A DNA stretch of 64,000 nt, taken from assembly GCA_902563305.1 (NCBI GenBank), contig CACEWP010000005.1, positions 4,211 to 68,210 of the forward strand. Reading direction: 5' to 3'. This stretch comes from an uncultured Alphaproteobacteria bacterium. Its GTDB lineage: Bacteria > Pseudomonadota > Alphaproteobacteria > Methylaequorales > Methylaequoraceae. Below, piece by piece: positions 1 to 8,529 of the stretch. Within the stretch, counting starts at the first letter, position 1, and each line of letters begins with the position of its first letter. The notes beneath the pieces were generated by a model, which was not told the DNA's origin, ran no database searches, and was given only the letters and a program-made list of their open reading frames with translations. The position numbers were made by a program, and so were the translations under genes.

Positions 1-129
1 CTTTTAACTAGATTACTTAGGGAATCTGATAGAGCTTTTAACGAAGCCAAATTGTTAGCTAAGAAACTCTGTCCAAAATGTAAAAAAGATTTCTCGAACT
101 ATGAAAATATATCCGAAAAACTTCATTAA
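1..129 (+). CDS. 3' end of an unidentified gene entering from the window edge
   Basis: Frame 1 is open from base 1 to TAA at 127-129 (...AKKLCPKCKKDFSNYENISEKLH*). No recognisable motif. Confidence 0.3.
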   Translation, partial: LLTRLLRESDRAFNEAKLLAKKLCPKCKKDFSNYENISEKLH

Positions 130-243
130 TGAAATCTAGTTTTATTGTATCTAGCTCAATCAAATCAATCTATCTAAGCTTGTTTTAGTTTCTAAAAAAA
201 TGATTTGATAAAAGAATTAAAACTAATATGTTGTCGAAAACAA

Positions 244-1056
244 ATGAAGATTTTTCTAACCTCAATTATTTTATTATTTTTATGCTCTGGATCTATTCAT
301 TCAAGAGAATTTATAGTTCTACAATCAACAACTTCAACAAGAGACTCTGGTTTTTATGATCATCTATTATCGAAATTTTCGGAAATATCAGATTTTGATG
401 TTAGAGTTGTTGCAGTAGGAACTGGTCAAGCTTTAAAAAATGCTAGAAAGTGTGATGGTGATGTATTGATTGTGCATCATAAGGAATCAGAGGAAAAGTT
501 TATAAATGATGGTTTTGGTATTTTTAGAAAAGAATTCATGTTTAATGACTATGTACTTGTAGGACCTAGAGATGACCCAGCTAAAACACTAAAAAGTAAA
601 TCAATAAAAAGAGCATTTGAGAAAATTATCCAATCAAAATCTTTATTTATTTCAAGAGGCGATGATAGTGGAACAAATAAAAAAGAAGAAAGCCTATGGG
701 AGGCGATTGGTAAGATTCCTAGTCCAAAGACTAATAAATGGTATCTATCTGTAGGACAGGGTATGGGTAGTGCTCTTAATGTAGCAGTTAATAAAAATGC
801 ATATATTATTTCAGATCGAGCGACTTGGGTAAGTTTTAATAATAAAAGAGAGCACAAAATATTAGTTTCAAATGAACCTTTACTACTTAATCACTATGGG
901 GTGATACCTATTAATCCGAAAAAATGTCCGAATACAAAAGTTGAACTCGCAAATATATTTATTAATTGGCTAACATCAGAAAATACAAAACAAATAATCG
1001 ATAATTTTAAGATTAATGAGAGTCAACTTTTTTTTTCAATTTCAAAAAAAAATTAA
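244..1056 (+). CDS. tupA: Periplasmic tungstate/molybdate-type substrate-binding protein (TupA-like PBP)
   Basis: Signal peptide from the ATG at 244 (MKIFLTSIILLFLCSGSIHS). The motifs TTSTRDSG and VAVGTGQAL...GDVLIVHH...EEKF match my memory of the TupA family. The track ORF starts further upstream at a TTG. Confidence 0.6.
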   Translation: MKIFLTSIILLFLCSGSIHSREFIVLQSTTSTRDSGFYDHLLSKFSEISDFDVRVVAVGTGQALKNARKCDGDVLIVHHKESEEKFINDGFGIFRKEFMFNDYVLVGPRDDPAKTLKSKSIKRAFEKIIQSKSLFISRGDDSGTNKKEESLWEAIGKIPSPKTNKWYLSVGQGMGSALNVAVNKNAYIISDRATWVSFNNKREHKILVSNEPLLLNHYGVIPINPKKCPNTKVELANIFINWLTSENTKQIIDNFKINESQLFFSISKKN

Positions 1057-1094
1057 GTATTTTGTAAAACAATAAATCATATTAGTATTATCAA

Positions 1095-1487
1095 ATGCCT
1101 CACCTTCAATTTGATATAAATGTAAAGCTTAATAACAAAACAAGGAAAACTTTTTTAGATTTTGTAAGAACTGAATTTTCAAAAATAATGAGAACAGGGG
1201 AAGGACATATTGCAATAAGTCTCAGAGAATTTGCAAGAAGCTCCTTATCACTGGGTAGGTCCTCGCCAGAAGACTATGTTTGTTTTATGAATTTAGATAT
1301 AAGAGAAGGTAGATCATTGAAACAAAAAAGAGATCTAGTAAAAAAATATATGGAAGGTGTTAAACAAATTCTTGGAATCGATTTAAATAATCAATACATA
1401 ACTTATACGTCACATAACGGAAGGGACTTTAATTTGTATGAAAAAACATTAAAAGAATGGTCTGATAATGACAACCCTGTAAAATAA
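1095..1487 (+). CDS. MIF/tautomerase-superfamily-like protein
   Basis: 130 aa beginning Met-Pro (MPHLQFDINV...), the catalytic Pro-1 hallmark. Length and spacing of hydrophobic blocks resemble MIF/phenylpyruvate tautomerase. Confidence 0.45.
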   Translation: MPHLQFDINVKLNNKTRKTFLDFVRTEFSKIMRTGEGHIAISLREFARSSLSLGRSSPEDYVCFMNLDIREGRSLKQKRDLVKKYMEGVKQILGIDLNNQYITYTSHNGRDFNLYEKTLKEWSDNDNPVK

Positions 1488-1494
1488 AATTAAA

Positions 1495-1773
1495 ATGAAA
1501 CTATCAATATCAGAAATTTCAGATTCATTGTTTAAGGTTACTATTTTAGATGAAGTAGAAACATCTCATTTGGTCACTGTTAGTGACGAATTTTTAAATA
1601 AATATATTAAAAAAAAAATTTCTAAAAAGAAGTTAATTGAATTAAGTTTCAATTTTTTACTGGAAAGAGAAGGAAACTCATCAATTTTAAAAGAATTTAA
1701 ATTAGAGGTAATTGCAGAATATTTTCCAGAATATTTAGATAGTGTGAAGACATGGGTAAAAGGAATAAACTGA
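1495..1773 (+). CDS. Hypothetical protein
   Basis: 92-aa ORF, 7 nt after the preceding gene, same strand. No motif recognised. Confidence 0.5.
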   Translation: MKLSISEISDSLFKVTILDEVETSHLVTVSDEFLNKYIKKKISKKKLIELSFNFLLEREGNSSILKEFKLEVIAEYFPEYLDSVKTWVKGIN

Positions 1774-1863
1774 ACTACTAATAAAATTTTCTGATAATTG
1801 TAACTTGTTTTTGTTTTAAATAATTAATATCTTATATCATAACCATTTAAAGGAGGTGATCTG

Positions 1864-1941
1864 ATGTCTAGTATTATTGATTTTAATCAACTTAAATTAT
1901 TTATCTATTTATCAGAGCAACCTTTGGTAGAAAGTAAATAA
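1864..1941 (+). CDS. Candidate 25-aa small ORF (MSSIIDFNQLKLFIYLSEQPLVESK)
   Basis: Near-perfect SD AAAGGAGGTGA lies 5 nt before the ATG at 1864. A strong intrinsic terminator follows 30 nt after the stop. Confidence 0.35.
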   Translation: MSSIIDFNQLKLFIYLSEQPLVESK

Positions 1942-1970
1942 ATACCATAAGTTGATAAGCTTTAGTACGA

Positions 1971-1997
1971 GGGGGGGGGTATTCCCCCCTTTTTTTT
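1971..1997 (+). terminator. Rho-independent terminator
   Basis: A G9 run, TATT loop and C6 run form a GC hairpin, followed directly by T8. Confidence 0.8.
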
Positions 1998-2041
1998 AAA
2001 TCTTTTTGATCTTTTTATAAAACTCTGGATAGCTATAAATT

Positions 2042-2560
2042 ATGAATTTTTTTAGTTTTTTGATTTTAATTTCGTTAACTTTTAATGTGTTTGCAGATGA
2101 ACTTAATTCATGGAGTCAGTTGTTAAAGAGAGGTAACACTTATTACAAAAAATCAGATAATACTCCATTTTCAGGAGTGTTAAAAAATTTTTTTCCTTCG
2201 GGTAAAATTTCTGTAATTGACCATTTTAAAGATGGTAAACAACATGGAATCTTTAAGAGTTTTCATGAAAATGGTAATTTGTCGATGATTGGTCAATTTC
2301 ATGATGGAAAACAAGTTGGTGAATGGTCAGAGTATTATGATGATGGATCTCTTTACTGGAAACTAGAATATTTAGATGGAAAAAAAGTAGATGGTTTGTT
2401 CCAGATGTTTCACAAAAATGGTTCTATAAAATCCGAAGTAATTTATAAAGATGATAAACCATCAACAAACTGGAAATATTTCAAAGAAAATGGAGAAATC
2501 GAGAGGATTGATATTTATAAAGACGGAAAGTTTTTTTATGAAAAATATATTAACAATTAA
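2042..2560 (+). CDS. MORN-variant repeat protein (YwqK-like), secreted
   Basis: Signal peptide plus reiterated G-K-x-x-G-x-(F/W)-x-x-(F/Y)-(H/Y)-x-N/D-G units (GKQHGIFKSFHENG, GKQVGEWSEYYDDG, GKKVDGLFQMFHKNG). Confidence 0.6.
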   Translation: MNFFSFLILISLTFNVFADELNSWSQLLKRGNTYYKKSDNTPFSGVLKNFFPSGKISVIDHFKDGKQHGIFKSFHENGNLSMIGQFHDGKQVGEWSEYYDDGSLYWKLEYLDGKKVDGLFQMFHKNGSIKSEVIYKDDKPSTNWKYFKENGEIERIDIYKDGKFFYEKYINN

Positions 2561-2768
2561 ATCAACTTTTTAAACATTTATATTATTTCCACCTTTTATA
2601 TAAAAAAATTACTAGCAACCACATTCCTACTACAGTTGTAATTTCTAACCAAGACATAAATGTACCCCTACCAAATGATTGAAGCTTTTAAAATATTCAC
2701 TAATCTTTAAAAAAATTTTTTTAATTATTCAAAACAAATCAAACAAAATTTTTATAATAAATTAGAAA

Positions 2769-3257
2769 ATGATAATATATGAGATAACAAAAAAAATCCT
2801 AATGTCAAATTACATAATGTTTTTAAGAGTTTTATTAATTTTTTCTATTTTTTATAAATCTGAAGTCTTTTCAAAACAAAGTTTTACTTTGGAATGTAAG
2901 ATATTAATGGAAGTTGAAAATGATCAAATTACTAAAAAAAAAATGTATGACCAAAAGTCGCTCTTAATTTATATTGATAAAAGAAACTCATGGATAAATG
3001 ATCTTTCATTTGAAAATTGGTTATCCAAGAATTCTGAAGATCAAGAAAAAATAGAAAAAAGCTTTGAAGAGGATAAGAAAAGGTATTTCTTTATATTAAG
3101 AATATTTTCAGATAAGGATAAACAAAAATTAGAATCAAGCGATTTAATTAAATACGAAAAGTTTGGAGGAGATTTGACATTTAAAAAAAATTTTTACGAT
3201 TATGAAGGCAAAGTTTTTTTTAGCTCAGAGGTTAGTGGGCGATGCAAAAAAAAATAG
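2769..3257 (+). CDS. Hypothetical secreted protein
   Basis: ORF with an N-terminal hydrophobic signal-like segment. The true start may be the internal ATG at 2802. No motif recognised. Confidence 0.5.
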   Translation: MIIYEITKKILMSNYIMFLRVLLIFSIFYKSEVFSKQSFTLECKILMEVENDQITKKKMYDQKSLLIYIDKRNSWINDLSFENWLSKNSEDQEKIEKSFEEDKKRYFFILRIFSDKDKQKLESSDLIKYEKFGGDLTFKKNFYDYEGKVFFSSEVSGRCKKK

Positions 3258-4304
3258 TTATTCTATTATAATTTCTACCACCTCATTCTTTGAGCCCAAT
3301 CTCATCCTTGGACCCCAACAGCCCGCACCACAAGAAACAAAAAGTATGGAGCCGAATTTCTTATAAATACCATAAATTTCACTAAACTTAAGTTTAACTA
3401 ATAGATTAAATGGAAATATCTGCCCTTTATGAGTATGTCCAGCTAACATTAAGTCAATTTTAGATGGAATTTTTCTCCAAAGAGAGGGTTTGTGGGTAAG
3501 AATTATATTCAATTTTTCTTTTTTATAATTATTCATAACTATAAGTTTTTTTTTTTCAGTTGTCATATTATCTCCGACTCCTATTATATTGAGTCCTTTA
3601 GATTTAAAAGTTTTCCCATCTATATTTTTAATATTAAACTCACAAAGCTTCTTAGATATTCTATCCCAATCTGCTAAATAATGCTCATGATTTCCTGTAA
3701 CAAAAAGAACTGGTTTATTAATTAAATTAAAAACCTCTAAATTTTGTAAATCAAAATTATTTAAGTCTATTAGATCACCACCAATTAGTAGGATATCAAA
3801 ATTTATTTTTTTTAACTCATTAAAGATTTTTTGTAGATGTTTTTCTGAATTTGATCCTAGATGGACATCACTTATGAAGACTAAATTAACCCTTTTTTTT
3901 ATTTTATTTGATGAAATCCTCACAGTTTTTAATCTAACTGAACGTCCATTAATAATACTTATTATGCTAAAATAAGAAATAGTTGCAAAACATATTAAAG
4001 CTAAGTAAAAATCATTGGTATTAAAGAAAAGTTTAAATGTTAATGCTGTTAAAGCAACATACAAACTAATAAAGCCTATCCCCATACCTTCAAATATTAG
4101 TAATTGTAAAAATTTTGGTTTAGTTGCAGACCTGAAATAAAAAAAAATAACAACATAAAAAAAAAAACATTGAATGATGGATGATAATCCAAAAATACTA
4201 CTTCCCGAAAAAAATGAAATGAGAATATCGTAGGGTAAACAATATATTAAGTAAGTTAATGATATTCCGATAAAATTAGAAATAATTTTTTTTTTGGTAA
4301 ACAT
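3258..4304 (-). CDS. Membrane-anchored metallophosphoesterase (YkuE-like)
   Basis: N-terminal TM helices followed by the calcineurin-like motifs SDVHLG, GGDLID, GNHEH and GHTHKGQ. Confidence 0.8.
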   Translation of the reverse strand: MFTKKKIISNFIGISLTYLIYCLPYDILISFFSGSSIFGLSSIIQCFFFYVVIFFYFRSATKPKFLQLLIFEGMGIGFISLYVALTALTFKLFFNTNDFYLALICFATISYFSIISIINGRSVRLKTVRISSNKIKKRVNLVFISDVHLGSNSEKHLQKIFNELKKINFDILLIGGDLIDLNNFDLQNLEVFNLINKPVLFVTGNHEHYLADWDRISKKLCEFNIKNIDGKTFKSKGLNIIGVGDNMTTEKKKLIVMNNYKKEKLNIILTHKPSLWRKIPSKIDLMLAGHTHKGQIFPFNLLVKLKFSEIYGIYKKFGSILFVSCGAGCWGPRMRLGSKNEVVEIIIE

Positions 4305-4401
4305 AATAAATTTAGTTAATGTTATATAGTTATTAATATAATCGGAAATATAAATATTCTATTTTCGAGCTGTTTTAAACTAATATCTTTTGTACGGGTT
4401 G

Positions 4402-4560
4402 ATGAAAAATTATTTTAAAGAAAGTATCCATCAAGAATTTGGAAGATTTCTTAGAGATGAAATGGAAGATATTGAAAAAGAAGAATATATACGCTCTGAA
4501 AGATATAAAAGTTCTATAAAGCTTATATCAAAAATATTCCAAAAAAACTCCATAAAGTAA
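4402..4560 (+). CDS. Candidate 52-aa charged helical small ORF
   Basis: ATG...TAA open frame in an otherwise empty 470-nt intergenic region (MKNYFKESIHQEFGRFLRDEMEDIEKEEYIR...). The SD is weak. Confidence 0.2.
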   Translation: MKNYFKESIHQEFGRFLRDEMEDIEKEEYIRSERYKSSIKLISKIFQKNSIK

Positions 4561-4777
4561 ATTGTCTTAACATTAATTATGTTATTTTTCATAAGCTAAT
4601 TGAAAATTTACCTTAATAAAAGTTCAATTATAATAGATTAAAAACGCACTGCTTTAATAAAATTTACTTTAAAAAAAATTTAATCAGTGTTTTTCAAAAA
4701 CTTAATAAGTAAGTTTTAGATTTTTTTTAATATTCAAACTATTGATAGCTCATTTTCAAAATTATATAATTGAATGT

Positions 4778-5398
4778 ATGTTGTTTAATCTTGAAAATAT
4801 TCAATATAAGTATGAGGATAAAGTTTTTTTAAAAGAGTTGAGCTTAACTATTGAAAGCGGAAATCATCTTTTAATTCATGGTAGATCAGGTTCTGGTAAA
4901 AGTACACTAATTAATCTCATGACAGGCCTATTAAGGACAGTTTATGGAAGTATAACTTTTGAAAATATCAATTACAATAATTTAACTGATTCAGATTTAG
5001 ATGTTTTAAGGTCCAAGAATTTTGGATTTATTTTTCAGAGGTTACATTTAATTGGTCACTTAAACGTTAAACAAAATATTTCAATTGCAATTAACAAAAA
5101 TAATTGTCTTTGTACTGAGGAATTAATTAAAGATCTTGGTCTTGAAAAATTAAGAAATAAAAAAGTAAGTGATTTAAGTGTTGGTGAGGCTCAAAGAGTT
5201 GCGGTTGCTCGCGGAGTGGTTAATAATCCAAAAGTCATCTTTGCTGACGAACCTACATCAGCATTGGACAATTCTAATTCTAAAAAAGTAATGGATCTTA
5301 TATTATCTCAAACAAAGAAAACAAATTCAACATTGATTGTTTCTACTCATGATGAAAGAATCAAAAATTATTTTTCAAAAGTAATAAGGCTAAAATAA
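4778..5398 (+). CDS. ABC transporter ATP-binding protein (MacB/LolD-type)
   Basis: Walker A GRSGSGKST, signature LSVGEAQR, Walker B IFADEPT. The ATG at 4778 gives the canonical N-terminus. The stop overlaps the next gene's start (ATAATG at 5398). Confidence 0.9.
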   Translation: MLFNLENIQYKYEDKVFLKELSLTIESGNHLLIHGRSGSGKSTLINLMTGLLRTVYGSITFENINYNNLTDSDLDVLRSKNFGFIFQRLHLIGHLNVKQNISIAINKNNCLCTEELIKDLGLEKLRNKKVSDLSVGEAQRVAVARGVVNNPKVIFADEPTSALDNSNSKKVMDLILSQTKKTNSTLIVSTHDERIKNYFSKVIRLK

Positions 5399-6738
5399 TG
5401 ACAGACCTAAGTTTTGTATTCTATTCCTTAAAGTCACGATGGTTGAATTGCTTGTTGTCAATTTTTCTAACTGCATTTGGTGTTTCTATAGCAATATTAA
5501 TTACTCAGTTTGGGAATAATATAAAAGATCGGCTTAAGAAAGATGGAGCAAATATTGATCTTGTTGTGGGAGCAAAAGGTAGTCCAATTCAATTAATCTT
5601 ATCTTCGGTTTATCACATTGATATTCCAACTGGGAATATCTCATGGGAAGCTGCTCAAGATTTAATAAAACATCCTCAAATAAAAAAAGCAATACCTGTT
5701 GCATTAGGAGACAATTGGAAAGGAAATAGAATTGTGGGTACAACAATTGATTATTTAGAACATTATAATGCTGAACTTAAAGAAGGTAAGATATGGGATA
5801 AAAAGTTTGAAGTCGTTGTGGGCTCATCTGTTAAATTAGATATAAATGATCAAATTGTAGGTGCTCATGGTCTTTATGACGGTGGAGAGGTTCATGGAGA
5901 TAAAAAATATAGAGTTACTGGTATAATCAAACCCACTAAGACCGTCCTTGATAGACTTATTTTTACTTCTATCAACTCAGTTCTAGATATTCATGGTATA
6001 GAAAATATTGATGACAAAGAGGTTTTTAAATCAAATCACGATCATCATGACGATCATAAAACGCATAGTGAAAGCAGTCATATTAATACTAAGAGTCATC
6101 ATGATCATCATGATGAAGATTCACATGACCACGAAAAATCTGAGCACGGGCACGCAGGTAACAATCAAGTTAGTAAGCACGGTGAAGCAAAAATGGCAGA
6201 GATAACTGCATTATTGTTAACAACAAGTTCACCAATTGCAAATATTAATCTTCCTAGATTTATTAATAGGAATACTTCCTTCCAGGCTGCTAATCCGGCT
6301 CTGGAGATCACACGTTTAACATCTATGCTTGGAATAGGAGCCAAAAGTTTTGGGATATTATCTTTTATTTTAATTATTATAGCAGCTTTAAGTGTATTTT
6401 CTGGTTTAGCTGCAAATCTTGAAAATCGCATGTGTGATTTAGCAATTTTAAGAGCTTTAGGCTATACAAAAAATAGGATATTTAAGATTATATGTCTTGA
6501 TGGGATGATGATAGTTATTGGTGGTATATTGATTGGAGTAATATTTAGCGTGATAACATTTGAGACATTAAATTATTCAATTGTCACTCTAAACACAGTT
6601 CAAGCAAAATTTAGTTTAACATTAGATTTATTTTTTATAATTCTTGTTGTTTTTCTTTCAGGAATTGTGGCTGCAGTTTTTCCTGCATTACGTGCATCTA
6701 AAATAAGTGTTGCAAAACAATTATCACAAAATATATGA
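5398..6738 (+). CDS. ABC transporter permease, FtsX/MacB family, with His-rich periplasmic insert
   Basis: N-terminal TM, large periplasmic domain and a C-terminal FtsX-type TM bundle. The insert is NHDHHDDHKTHSESSHINTKSHHDHHDEDSHDHEKSEHGH at about nt 6034-6156. Confidence 0.85.
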   Translation: MTDLSFVFYSLKSRWLNCLLSIFLTAFGVSIAILITQFGNNIKDRLKKDGANIDLVVGAKGSPIQLILSSVYHIDIPTGNISWEAAQDLIKHPQIKKAIPVALGDNWKGNRIVGTTIDYLEHYNAELKEGKIWDKKFEVVVGSSVKLDINDQIVGAHGLYDGGEVHGDKKYRVTGIIKPTKTVLDRLIFTSINSVLDIHGIENIDDKEVFKSNHDHHDDHKTHSESSHINTKSHHDHHDEDSHDHEKSEHGHAGNNQVSKHGEAKMAEITALLLTTSSPIANINLPRFINRNTSFQAANPALEITRLTSMLGIGAKSFGILSFILIIIAALSVFSGLAANLENRMCDLAILRALGYTKNRIFKIICLDGMMIVIGGILIGVIFSVITFETLNYSIVTLNTVQAKFSLTLDLFFIILVVFLSGIVAAVFPALRASKISVAKQLSQNI

Positions 6739-6744
6739 ATAATT

Positions 6745-7365
6745 ATGACCATTAATAATTTCTATTTTTCTGGTAGTCTAATTTTTAAATTATGCTTAAT
6801 TCTGTTTTTTTCGATAAACTTTAAGTTGAAAAATGCCCACAGTTTTATTTTAAAAGGCAATGGTCCACAAGTTAAGAACATTGTAGATAATGTTTTTTCT
6901 ACCGAATCTTTTGATGATGAGTTTGATCTTCAATACGATATGCTTTCGAGCGTAGAGGATTTCATAAATTTGCCTGAAGGTGGAACACCATGGGAAGTAT
7001 TCGCTGACACTGGTATGGATGAATATATATTTGAAGATAAGGAAGGGTTCGAATGGACAGGTGTTCGTCCAAAATTTACTGAAAATATAAAAATGTTAGA
7101 AGATAAAAATATATTAGTTCAAGGCTACATGTTTCCTCTCGATCAAAACGAAAAGCAACAAACTTTCTTACTCATCCCATTTCCAGTTCACTGTCCATAT
7201 TATCCGCATGCTACATCGAATTTGATTATTGAAGTCCATGCTAACAAACCAATTCTTTTTTCATATGACCCTATTAATATTGAAGGAAAATTGGAGTTAG
7301 TTCCTAAAGATGATTTATACAATATCTTTTTTCGTCTAAAAAATGCTAAACTAGCATCCAAATAA
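6745..7365 (+). CDS. DUF3299-like exported protein
   Basis: Signal-like N-terminus. The motif block VQGYMFPLD...TFLLIPFPVHCPYYPH...NLIIEV resembles the DUF3299 pattern (GfmvPle...FlLvP...C.H.ppPp.NqiV.V) as I recall it. Confidence 0.6.
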   Translation: MTINNFYFSGSLIFKLCLILFFSINFKLKNAHSFILKGNGPQVKNIVDNVFSTESFDDEFDLQYDMLSSVEDFINLPEGGTPWEVFADTGMDEYIFEDKEGFEWTGVRPKFTENIKMLEDKNILVQGYMFPLDQNEKQQTFLLIPFPVHCPYYPHATSNLIIEVHANKPILFSYDPINIEGKLELVPKDDLYNIFFRLKNAKLASK

Positions 7366-7377
7366 ACAATAAAAAAT

Positions 7378-7806
7378 CTATATACATTGATTGCATATTC
7401 CATTGACCTCTAGGTTCCAGTTCAACGGCATAAACGTTTTTTCTTCTACATTTTCTTTGATTGCTGAAGGTAACTCACACATATGCGATTCAATAACCTT
7501 GCCGCATACATTGCAAATCATAAACTGAGAACCCTTATGGAAATGATCAGCTTTACAAGCTGAATAGGCATTTAAACTTTGAATTCTGTGAATGAAATTA
7601 TGTGATTGCCAAAATTCTATTGCTCTGTAAATGGTTGGTGGTTTAGGATTATTTAAAACTCTTGCTAATTTTTTTAACACTTCGTAAGCTTTAAGTGGTT
7701 TTTCACTATTAGCAATTACCCGTAACACATTTTTTCTTGGTTTTGTATACCTATGTTTATTTTTATTACAAAAATCTATTGCTTTCTTTTCAATGGTTTT
7801 GGTCAT
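7378..7806 (-). CDS. zur: Fur-family metalloregulator, probably Zur
   Basis: 142 aa with a winged-helix N-terminus and CNVCGK...CNQC structural-zinc Cys pairs. It is convergent with the His-rich ABC operon. Confidence 0.75.
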   Translation of the reverse strand: MTKTIEKKAIDFCNKNKHRYTKPRKNVLRVIANSEKPLKAYEVLKKLARVLNNPKPPTIYRAIEFWQSHNFIHRIQSLNAYSACKADHFHKGSQFMICNVCGKVIESHMCELPSAIKENVEEKTFMPLNWNLEVNGICNQCI

Positions 7807-7822
7807 AAATATCTTATATTTT

Positions 7823-7843
7823 TTTAGTTACATTATAACATTT
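7823..7843 (-). promoter_or_regulatory. Candidate Zur box in the zur/yqhA divergent promoter
   Basis: The minus strand reads AAATGTTATAATGTAACTAAA, against the remembered proteobacterial Zur consensus AAATGTTATAATATAACATTT. It lies about 20-35 nt upstream of the zur start. Confidence 0.4.
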
Positions 7844-7953
7844 TATAAACTTATAATAAAATTATATTATTATATTTTTGATTAAATTTTTTGTTTAAAA
7901 GTATCTTATTTTCTTATTGATTTTAATAAAAAAAGATTGTTAATAAATTAAAT

Positions 7954-8469
7954 ATGTTAAAGAATTTTGAAAAATTTATAGAAAACCTAATGTTTGCGTC
8001 TAGATGGTTGTTAGCTCCATTTTATTTTGGTCTTATAATATCACTCTTTTTTTTATTAATAGTTTTTATTAAGGAAATTATTCATTATATAAGCCATTTC
8101 AGCACAGACGAGACTGAACTTATTTTATTTATTCTTACACTGATTGATTTATCTTTTGCCGGTAATCTATTAATCATAGTTATTTTTTCAGGATATGAAA
8201 ATTTCGTTTCTAAAATAAATATTAGGAATCATGAAGACAAACCAGAGTGGATGGGAACAGTTGATTTTGGTGGTCTAAAGTTAAAATTGATTTCTTCGAT
8301 TGTTGCTATTTCAGGGATTCATTTGTTAAAGATTTTTTTCGGACTTGAGAATTACACTCAAAGTCAAATACTTCTTTTTATAGCAGTGCATTTTACTTTT
8401 GTCTTAAGTGGAGTTTTGTTAGCATATATGGATTCATTAATAGCAAAAAGTAAATTAAAAATGAAATAA
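7954..8469 (+). CDS. yqhA: UPF0114/YqhA-family inner-membrane protein
   Basis: N-terminal FASRWLLAPFYFGL motif and 4 TM helices typical of YqhA. Confidence 0.75.
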   Translation: MLKNFEKFIENLMFASRWLLAPFYFGLIISLFFLLIVFIKEIIHYISHFSTDETELILFILTLIDLSFAGNLLIIVIFSGYENFVSKINIRNHEDKPEWMGTVDFGGLKLKLISSIVAISGIHLLKIFFGLENYTQSQILLFIAVHFTFVLSGVLLAYMDSLIAKSKLKMK

Positions 8470-8529
8470 TTTAACTTTGTTAGGAATTATTACTGTATTT
8501 TCTAATTTAATTCTTTTTAACTTTTATCT

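Noticed and set aside
549-857. Short track ORFs overlapping real genes: 549-857, 3492-3677, 5534-5746, 6008-6205, 6165-6431, 7200-7403, 11263-11469, 11856-12065, 13353-13562, 13933-14142
   Set aside because: Each lies within or antisense to a longer ORF with family motifs. None has independent translation signals.
1971-1979. The G9 homopolymer as a slipped-strand phase-variation tract
   Set aside because: It is the 5' arm of a hairpin completed by C6 and followed by T8. It lies outside any ORF or promoter spacer, so a terminator is the simpler explanation.
4751-4773. The AATTATATAATT palindrome at the ABC ATPase start, considered as a Zur/Fur box
   Set aside because: It consists only of A and T, so a 12-bp palindrome of this kind is expected by chance in this genome. 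The 7823-7843 site matches the Zur consensus much better.
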